Positions 47,635 to 56,769 of a DNA stretch of 64,000 nt are shown here, in pieces (position 1 is the stretch's first letter; each line of letters starts with the position of its first letter). Made by a program: the position numbers and the translations under genes. Origin of the DNA: Dictyostelium discoideum (lineage: Eukaryota); assembly GCA_000004695.1 (NCBI GenBank), contig CM000153.2, positions 2,720,001 to 2,784,000 on the forward strand, given 5' to 3'. The notes under the pieces are model-generated. The model worked only from the letters and a program-made list of their open reading frames with translations. It was not told the origin of the DNA and ran no database searches.

Positions 47635-47689
47635 AAAAATTTCATCAATTAAAAAAATGATATAAATACTGATTCTTACCATTATAAAG

Positions 47690-47975
47690 TATGCAGGATT
47701 GGGTAGCGGCAACCTGTAATCAAGCGATGCATTCGAGGCGAGGACGAGAGCATTGTTAGGACCTTTGGGACAAGCGACGCATACAGTTGATCCACACTAA
47801 CGTTGGTGTCGACATACTATCAGTCTCTAAGGATTGAAAGTAAGTTGATAATGACCAAGTCAAGGTCCAGGCTGGCAACAGAGCAGACAGAGCGAGGCAC
47901 ATCGATGGGTAGCGAGGAAAGTCGACTTAAAGTCGTCCAAAGGAAATAACAATGTAAACTCGAACAAACCTTTTT
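47690..47975 (+). ncRNA. Signal recognition particle RNA (7SL/SRP RNA), approx. 280 nt
   Basis: An island of about 50% GC in AT-rich surroundings. Alu-domain CCUGUAAUC at 47713..47721. S-domain helix-8-like GGUCCAGGCUGGCAACAGAGCAGAC at 47864..47888 (GNRA tetraloop GCAA plus AGAGCAG; compare human AGGUCGGAAACGGAGCAGGUC). Upstream DUSE and TATA box. T14 terminator at 47971..47984. Exact 5'/3' ends not determined. Confidence 0.7.
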
Positions 47976-47984
47976 TTTTTTTTT
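47971..47984 (+). terminator. T14 run; Pol III-type terminator of the SRP RNA gene
   Basis: Immediately follows the GC-rich island (...CGAACAAACC-T14). Confidence 0.6.
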
Positions 47985-48174
47985 AAAACACCGTAGAGCA
48001 ACATACTCTAACCTAGTGAAGATATGATTAAATGAAAAAGAAGAGAACTATTATTATAGAATGATAGTTGAAAAATATGTGAGAATTTATAAAAAAGAGA
48101 GTAGTTTATAAATTAAAGAAATATTATGGAAAGAAAGTTGAAAAATAAAAATAAAATTTATAATATAAGTGGCC

Positions 48175-48205
<31 letters not shown>

Positions 48206-48400
48206 CCGTAGTGAAGATATGATATAAAGAAAATAAAATAATAAAAAAAAGAATAATAATACTTTAAGTACATTTTAAAAATTTTAAAAAAAATTAATTA
48301 AATTAGTATAAGATAGTAAAAAATGCTATAGCTAACCCATCAATCAAAAAAAAAAGAATATACTGTAACCTAACGATGATATATATGACCTTTGTTATTA
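47977..48400 (+). repeat. Three dispersed, degenerate copies of a ~45-nt segment (AAAACRCCGTAG-[AGCAACATACTCTAACCTAG]-TGAAGATATGAT) at about 47985..48030, 48199..48225 and 48355..48392
   Basis: Copy 1 directly follows the SRP RNA T-run. Copy 2 follows a second GGCC-T24 run and lacks the central 20 nt. Copy 3 retains the centre and 3' part (AATATACTGTAACCTAACGATGATATATATGA). Confidence 0.5.
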
Positions 48401-48520
48401 TATTATTTTTACCCATCCCTTTTAAAAAAAAAAAAAAAAAAAATTTTAAGATAATTTTATTTATTTTTATTATTATTATTATATAATGGTATGATTATTT
48501 TTTTTTTTTTTTTTTAAAGT

Positions 48521-48539
48521 TTAATTTTATTGATTAATA

Positions 48540-48573
<34 letters not shown>

Positions 48574-48631
48574 TTTATTATAATTGATTGATAAAAATAA
48601 TATAACAAAAAAAATTGATTAATATATATAC

Positions 48632-48662
<31 letters not shown>

Positions 48663-48705
48663 TTTATTACAATTGATTGATAAAAATAATATAACAAAAA
48701 AAACT
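48521..48705. repeat. Tandem duplication of a ~85-bp unit (ATTGATTAATATATATA(TA)n-T20-ATTAYAATTGATTGATAAAAATAATATAACAAAAAAA) x2
   Basis: Two near-identical copies are read directly from the sequence at 48521..48608 and 48609..48700. Confidence 0.7.
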
Positions 48706-48794
48706 TTGAAAATTGCTTGTTGATTTTAATGTGACAATTTTATTTGATAGATAATAATTAAATAAAATAAAAAAAAAAAAAAAAAAAAATAAAA

Positions 48795-48872
48795 ATTGGA
48801 TTAGACATGTGTTTGGAACTATTTGGATATTTTTAATTAAAGTTCTAAACACATGTTTTGAAATTAAAATTT
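48795..48872. repeat. Inverted repeat/hairpin: ACATGTGTTTGGAAC - 23-nt spacer - GTTCTAAACACATGT (15-bp stem with one G-U wobble)
   Basis: The arms are exact reverse complements except for one G/A position, read directly from the sequence. Confidence 0.6.
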
Positions 48873-49557
48873 AAAGTAAACATTTTTTTATCGGAATTAA
48901 AAAAAAATTAAAATTTTTTTTTTTTTATTTTTTTATTTTTTATTTTATTTTTTTTTTTTATTTTATACTTTTACATTTTTTTAAAAACAAATTTTTTTTT
49001 TTTTTATTTTTTTTATCTTATTATTGTAAATAGAATTAAGAAAATACATAAACTGAAAAATTTTAATAGTCACCCTTCCTCATCCTACTCCTCTATCACT
49101 ACCAGTTATTTATAAAATATAATAGTGAAAAGGATCATAAAGATTTATCAGTAAAATTAAGTGAGTAAAAATATAAATACAAATAAAAAAAAAATAATAA
49201 TAAATAATAATATTAATACAAATATAAATACAAATAAAAAAAAATAAAAAATAAAAAATAAAATATTAATAATATAATTTAATGAGTAAAGAAGAATACT
49301 TTAAACTGTATAGATTTAAATACCATTTGTCCAACACCATTAAATAGTTGAAATTACAAGTATTTTTTAGTTGAAAGGTCATATCTTGGGAGATTTTAAA
49401 ATTGGTGCTTATTTGGGTATGTACATTTATTATTTTTATTATTGTTATTATTATTATTATTTATATTATTATTATTATTATTATTATTATTAAAAATTAC
49501 ATTAAAAGCTAATAATCAATATTTTTTATTTAAAGTTTGCTGTATTGACCCATTAGT

Positions 49558-49945
49558 GGAATTACAGGTAAAGTTACTAATGTTAATGATAGGTAACCTT
49601 TATTTGATTTAAATAGATAATCTTTGTACATATAGTATACAGTTCCTAATCACCTGTAAAAAGCAAGAATATTTTGTTTGGATAGGTGATCGGTATCTGA
49701 ATATTGTATGTACAAATGTATCTATTAAATCAAATCAAGGTAACCTACCATTAGCATTAGTAAACTTTGTGGATATCCAAGTCATCTGAATTGTAGTTTT
49801 GATTTTTTGATATGAAGATAATTATTACCATTATTATTATTATTATCATGGTAATAATTATCTCCATATTACAAAATCAAAAGTACGATTGTCAGATGTC
49901 TTATATATCCACAAGATACAGGCAGATTCTATAAAAAACAGATCA
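49558..49945. mobile_element. MITE-like nested inverted-repeat element. ~73-bp imperfect terminal inverted repeats at 49567..49640 and 49700..49772 flanked by GAATTRYAG direct repeats. A second inverted pair is at 49772..49810 and 49868..49900 around a palindromic (ATT)n core.
   Basis: The reverse complement of the right arm aligns to the left arm at about 85% identity over about 73 nt. The spacer is itself partly palindromic (CCTAATCACCTG / GGATAGGTGATCGG). The motif ATCAAGGTAACCT recurs at 49734 and 49932. Not coding. Confidence 0.45.
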
Positions 49946-50228
49946 AGGTAACCTCTCATCAAATTTTTTTTTTGAAAATTAAACAAGGATTTGTTTATGA
50001 TCGATTTATTTTTGTATGAAATGGTATTTGGAAATGGTGATTCTGTATTATAAAAAACTTGAATGAAAGTCTTCTTTATCTTGTAATTTGGACTTATTAC
50101 AAGTTTGTTATAATACAAAATCTCTACACTTCCAAAAACAAATTGATCATTTTTTTTTTTTTTAATTTTTTTTTATATATCCTCCATTTGTTCAAAATAA
50201 AGAAACAAACACAAAAATGAATGATAAA

Positions 50229-50263
<35 letters not shown>

Positions 50264-51153
50264 GTTTTTTATATCTAAAATCATTTGTGTATAATAACTA
50301 AAGTTATTTATAATTTATAAATTAAAGAATTGTTCATTAACTTGTGGGATACTACATATAATATGTAAAAATGAAAAAGAAAAAAAAAAAAAAAAATGAA
50401 AATTAATCAATAAATATTAAAATTTTTAGGTGTGCCCAAACAACTTGAACCCCAATTGCGGTTAATCTGATATTATTTTTATTGCTCCAACTTTTTTAAT
50501 GGGTTATTGTGTCTCCAAAACAATTATTTTACTTTTGGTGTCCCGGCTGATTTTTTTATTTTATTTTTTAATTTTGTTTTTTTTTAGCATTATTTAAGAG
50601 TTGAGTGATTTTTAAGTTGAATCCATTTAATTTATAAAAAACCAACAACATTTTTACCAAGATCAAAAATTAAACTTTTTTACTATTATCTTATCCCAAA
50701 GGTTATAAAAAAAGAAAAAAATCTTAAAATTAAAAATCTAAATAAATTTTAGCCTAAGATCTAAATCAAGATCTGGCAAATAATTTATTAATATCCTGAA
50801 AAAAAAAAAAAAAAAAAAAAAAAATCCAAAACCTTCAACATAATGGCTTTAAAATTTGAAAAACAAATTTTTATTATTATAATTAAGAATCCGAAAAATA
50901 AAAAACAAAATTAAAAAAAAATACACCTACAAATTTATTATGTATATGTGAAGGTTCCCGATTTATTTTTTATAATTTATTTGAGGAAATAAAAAAGAAA
51001 AAAAAAAAAAAAGTTTTATTATTATTTAGGATATGGCACTTAATCCCACTAACAAGTAAAATCTATGATTAAAAATATATTGTTTTAAAATCACCAACAA
51101 ATAGCGGTAATGAATAGATGATCAGTATTATCAAATAATTATGCATTATTATT

Positions 51154-51208
<55 letters not shown>

Positions 51209-52127
51209 AAAAATGATATATATAAAATAGAATTAATAAAAGTTTTAGTAATAGATTATCAAAATTAAAATTTAAAACTTTTATATGATCCAATTGGTAA
51301 TAGTGATTTTGAATATTTTGGTATCATATTTACAAGTATTAATTATTTAAAGTCAAAATATTACTTTTTTTATCTTTTTTTGAAAAAGAAAATATAAAAA
51401 ATATTAAAAAACAGAACAAATATCTAAATTAATTTTTAAACTTATCATAAAACCCATAGTTATTATATTTTTATTAATAAAAATTTGGAAATGGGAAAAA
51501 AAAATAAAAAAAGTTGGCCAATGGATTTTTTAAAATGAATTGCCTGATAGTGATGATGTCGAGAAGAAGAGTGTTAATTATTTTTTTAGTGTTTTTAGAG
51601 TATTAAATTTTAAAATAAAGTATTATATTTAGTTTTTATAAATTTTTAAATAAATTAAAATAAAAATATCTCTATTTTTAAAATATTACCTCAATACATA
51701 TACTCAAAAAAATACTAATTGAAATAACAAAGATTAAAATGTTTTTTTTTTTTTTTATAAAAACAAATATAAATCAATAAAAATTATCATTAATGAATGA
51801 AAAAAACGATATTATAAAAATAAAATTTGATCAAAAAAATTTATTTACATTACAATTAGAAAATTAAATTTACATTTTTAATATTTTTTAAAGTTGTAAT
51901 GAAATATATTTATAAACAACAGGTTCCTATCAAGATCTAGGAATTCTACACTGTAGAATGAAAATTGAAAATTAAGAGTGAAAATTTAATTGCGAAGATC
52001 TAAATTGTTTAAATTGTTCACCAACACATAGAAAGTTCAATAGATTCACAAATAAACACTACAATGGGACACACTCACATCTAATCAAGATATCAAGTAT
52101 GTTCCAAAAAATAATAAAAAGAATATA

Positions 52128-52212
<85 letters not shown>

Positions 52213-52520
52213 ATAATGATGATTACTTTTTTTTTAAAATTTTTTTTTTTTTTTTTTTTTTTATTTTTTATTTTATCTATTTGTTTTTTTTTTTTGGTGG
52301 ACCAATTTCGCCTTTTTTTTTTTTTTTAAAGTTTTGGAAATATAAAGTGATGTGTATGTGTGTGTTGTGTATTGAATGTATGATTGATTGTAAATACAAA
52401 ATGGACACCAATCTTTTTTTAGGTTCAAAGAATAATACAAAATAATAAAGATTGGATATTTCTATTTTGTTTGAAAATTGTTTGATTTGATGTTTTTTTT
52501 TTTTGATTTCTTTGATTTCT

Positions 52521-52557
<37 letters not shown>

Positions 52558-52560
52558 TGG

Positions 52561-52602
<42 letters not shown>

Positions 52603-52763
52603 TAAAAGCTATTATTTACATTTATAATTAAATATAACATATATTGTAAATTATTGGATGATTTATTATTATTATTATTATTGTTTTATGATTTTAAAAT
52701 TATTTTACTATAATTATGTTTTGAATTAAATTTTAAAATCTAATAGCTAGTATATTTTAGGGT

Positions 52764-53233
52764 TTAATGGAAAAAAGAAAAGTTTGGTTGGAAATCCATA
52801 GTGTTGGTTGAATCTGGGAATGATTTTTGGGCATTTGGATTATTTGGATCGCTTGAGTGAAGTCCTGAGACTCTTCCTAGATTACCTAAATTACCAGCAT
52901 TATTTAAACTATTTGTAAGATTGTTGCCACCAGGTGCGGTTGTGGTTGCTGTTGTTGTATTACTATTGTTACTGGTGTTATTATTATTATTATTTTGATG
53001 ATTATTATTATTTGGATTATTATTATTATTTGAATTATTACCCATATTATTGTTGTTGGTATTTTGGTTATTGGCATTGTTATTATTGTTGTTGGTGTTA
53101 TTATTATTGTTATTAATATTATTATTATTATTATTGGTATTGTTGTTGGTATTATTGTTATTGTTGTTGGTATTATTGTTGGTGCTGTTGTTGTTGTTGT
53201 TGTTATTGTTGCTGCTGTTATTGTTATTGTTGC

Positions 53234-53265
<32 letters not shown>

Positions 53266-54260
53266 ATGTTGCTGTTATTATTATTATTATTATTATTATT
53301 GTTGCTGTTTAAAATACCATTACCAAGTGTATTATGAGTAGGAGAAGCAGATGGACTATCACCTTTTGCCTTTGGTGGTCTACCTCTCTTTTTAGGTGTA
53401 CCATCTGTGTTACTATCGGAAAATGATGTATTATTATAATCAGATTCATTCTCATCCTTTGGTTTCTTGGGTCTACCTCTCTTTTTATTGCTTCCTGGTT
53501 GTGGTACTGGTTTTGGTTGTGGATTACCTTCTTCATCCATCTTTGGTGGTCTACCTCTCTTTCTCTTTGGACCACTGGTATCTTTTGGTTCTGATGGTGG
53601 GTTTTTACGTGGACGACCTCTTGATCTCTTATCTGCTGAATTTGCTGATGATTGAGTTGGTGATGAATTAATACCCAAATTACTATTATTATTATTATTG
53701 TTGTTGTTACTATTATTATTATTATTATTAATATTGCTATTATTATTGTTATTGTTATTATTATTATTTATTGGTTGTGGTAATGATGATTGATTTTGAA
53801 TTGCTAATAAATATTAAATATTTAGTGTATATATATATATTAGAAAATATGAATATTAATATTTTAAATATATTATTTATTAATATTAGTAAAATTTATA
53901 ATTACCTAAACTTAAACCATTTAAATTGGTTCCATGCATTTGTGGTTGACCATTATTATTACCGCTATTGTTTCCATTATTACCACCTCCCATCATATTA
54001 TGACCCATTAATCCTAAACCATTTGGATTCATCAATGGTGGTGGAAGAGTTGTATGTAAATTATATTGTGGTTGTTGCATTTGTGGAGCTTGTTGATGCA
54101 AGTTTTGGATTGGTTGTTGCATTGTTTGCTGTGGTTGTTGTTGTTGTTGTTGTTGTTGTGGTTGTTGTTGTTGTTGTGGTTGTTGTTGTTGTTGTTGTTG
54201 CAATGACTGATTTTGAATTCCGTGAAGTTGTGAAAGATTTGGTAGAGTGGGTGTGCTCAT
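52764..54260 (-). CDS. AT-hook DNA-binding protein (approx. 465 aa), Q-rich N-terminus and N-rich centre. join(54260..53907,53803..52764).
   Basis: The ATG at 54260 (MSTPTLPNLSQLHGIQNQSLQQQQQQ...) leads to a GTAATT donor, a ~103-nt intron and a TATTAG acceptor. Exon 2 has five R/K-G-R-P AT-hook cores (KRSRGRPRKNP, KRKRGRPPK, KKRGRPKKPK, KKRGRPPKAK and others). Confidence 0.6.
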
Positions 54261-54962
54261 ATCTTTAAAAAATCGAGATTAAAAAAAAAAAAAAAAAAAG
54301 AAATTAGTATTTTTTTTTTTTTTTTTTTTAATATGATTTATTTGACTTTAATTATTTAATTTTTTTTTTATTTCAAATATTTAAAATGAAAAAAAAAAAA
54401 AAAAAATAAAATAAAAAATAAAAAAAAAAAAATAAAAATTTTATTTTTTTTTTTTTTTATTTTTTTTTTATTTTTTTGAAATTAAGATAATTTTAGAATG
54501 TTACGGTTTTTTGTGCGTCCGTTATATATTAAAAAATACGATGATCACCGCCTTTTAACGGCTATATGATTGTGTCATTGTTTATTTTTGTTATATTTTT
54601 TTTTTTTTTTTTTTTATGTTATTACTAAAACTATTATTATTATTTTTATTATTTTTATTATTTTTATTTTATATTTTTGTTTATTTTTCATTTTTTTTTT
54701 TGTTATGCCATGTCATTACTAAAATATTATTATTATTTTTTTTTTTTTTTTGTTTGTTTATTTTTTTTTTTTTTTGTTTGTTTGTTTATTTTTTTTTTTT
54801 TTTTTTTTTGGATTTTTTGAAAAAAAAAAAAAAAAAAAAAATTATTATTATTTATTTTTAATATTCTTTTTTTTTTTTTTTATATAAAATATATATATAA
54901 ATAAAGACGAAAAAAATTAAAAAAAAATTAAAAAAAAATTAAAAAAATAAACCACTAACCCT

Positions 54963-54997
<35 letters not shown>

Positions 54998-55512
54998 AGG
55001 GGAACTAAACTTTAGGAATAAGGATGGCTTAAATAAAAAAAAGTCAAATCCCTATACAAATACAACTTTGATTTATATTTATCGATGGATCTAAAAAAAT
55101 TATGATTTTGGGCCCTTTTTTTAAAATTTTTGGATTTTATGGGTATTAATTAATTTATTTTATTTTATTATTAATATTTTTATTTAAATAAAAAAAAAAA
55201 AAAAAAAATTTGAAAAAAATTAAAAAAAAAAAAATTAAAAAAAATTAAAAAAAAAATAATTTTAAAATTTCAAAAAAAAATAAAAAAATTTAAAAAAAAA
55301 AAAAAAAATTTCAAAAAAAAAAAAAATTTTTTACTAAATAAAAAAAAAAATAAAAAAAAATAAAAAAAAATAAAAAAAAAAATAAATATTAACAGCAAAA
55401 AAAGTTTCAGTTAAAAAATTCAAAAATTTTTTTTTTTTTTTACCGTGTGTTTTATTACTTTTTTTTTTTTGAACATTTATTAAAATATGAGTTTAGTTTT
55501 TTTTTTAAAAAA

Positions 55513-55551
<39 letters not shown>

Positions 55552-55625
55552 TAATTAATTAAATTGAGGATGATTAATAATTTTAATTCTATTTTTGAGA
55601 TTTTTAAATAATTTTTTTTTTTAGA

Positions 55626-55737
<112 letters not shown>

Positions 55738-55793
55738 TTTTTTTTATTTTTTTTATTATTTTTTTTTTATTATTTTTTTTTTGTCCATATATA

Positions 55794-55826
<33 letters not shown>

Positions 55827-55889
55827 TATTTTTTTGTTATTTAGTATCAGTTAGAGATTAATCTGAATTGAGTTGTAGTTGATTTTTTT

Positions 55890-56240
55890 TAAATTTCAAC
55901 TATCCGATGTATCTAACTTCATTGATTTTATACGCAGCCAAGTTTTCCCAACCTTTGTCATACTGACTCGACCTTTACATTTTCCGACCTTTCGGCAAGT
56001 TGATGAATTGGTTTCTTTGTCGTTTTTTAGTATGAGCTTAGACTATTTCTGTTACCTGACCATTACATTGTTTGTAATTTCCCCCCTAGAGATTTTCGCG
56101 TACTCAGACCTTCCCATATTATTCTCTCTTTATGATTTTAAAAATTTGTGAGAGATTCCTTTTTTTAATGATTGCCATTTGTTGAATATTACATTGGTTT
56201 CAAACCAATACCAAATAATCAAAATAAAATACCCCATTGA
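55890..56240 (-). ncRNA. Candidate RNase P RNA or RNase MRP RNA gene (minus strand); ends approximate
   Basis: A non-AT-rich island. The minus strand contains GGGAAGGUCUGAG (+ 56103..56115), a 13/13 match to the human RNase P RNA CR-I/P4 segment. It is preceded by a P3-like hairpin UCUCUC-N21-GAGAGA. It is followed by a GARAR-like GAAAA and a GNRA-capped hairpin GCC-GAAA-GGU (+ 55984..55996). A CR-V-like ACAGAAAUAGUCUAAGCUCAUA lies at + 56031..56052. An exact DUSE lies about 55-60 nt upstream of the presumed start. Confidence 0.45.
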
Positions 56241-56292
56241 CATTTGATTTTGTGATGACTTTTGTGGAAATTTTTCAAAAACGTAAAAAATT

Positions 56293-56300
56293 TTATGGGA
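56293..56300 (-). promoter_or_regulatory. DUSE TCCCATAA on the minus strand (the + strand reads TTATGGGA), upstream of the RNase P/MRP-like island
   Basis: Exact [AT]CCCA[CT]AA consensus. An A/T-rich TATA-like sequence lies 25-35 nt downstream on the minus strand. Confidence 0.55.
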
Positions 56301-56769
56301 ACAATCAATTTTTTTTTTTTTTTTTTACTAAAATAAAAAAAAATAAAAAAAATAAAAAAAATATTTTTTAAAAAAGTGTGGAGATGATTATGGTGAAGTT
56401 ATTTAACAGTTTTTATATTGGTTGGTGCAATGATAAGTGATTAAAAAGAATTTGGTAAAAAAGTTATTAATGAATCTTTTTTTTTCAAAATAAAAGAATA
56501 AAAAAAAAAAAAAAAAGAAATTAAATTTTTTTTGAATTGGAAAAAAAAGAAATTAAATAATTATTGAAATAATAAAAATAATAATAATAATAATAAAATT
56601 AAATAATAAAATTAATGTATATTTTTTTTTCCCTATTTAATCTTTGAAATATCAAATAAACAAACAAGTTTTTGTATATAAAATATCTATTTATCTATTG
56701 TTTTTATTATTTTCTTTTATTACCAAATCAATTTTATTTTTTTAATTTTTTTATTATTTTTTTATTTTA

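Noticed and set aside
49858-50118. ORF (-) 86 aa
   Set aside because: Overlaps the palindromic MITE-like element and AT-rich spacer. No protein-like features.
52934-54268. Multiple ORFs (poly-Y, poly-L, poly-V/I, 53771..54268+) overlapping the AT-hook gene
   Set aside because: Other-frame and other-strand readings of the (AAT)n/(CAA)n tracts. Only the minus-strand frame yields AT-hook motifs and a spliceable ATG exon.
55879-56151. ORF (+) 90 aa MIFFKFQLSDVSNF...
   Set aside because: Falls on the RNase P/MRP-like ncRNA island. No start context or homology. The region is better explained as a structured RNA on the minus strand.
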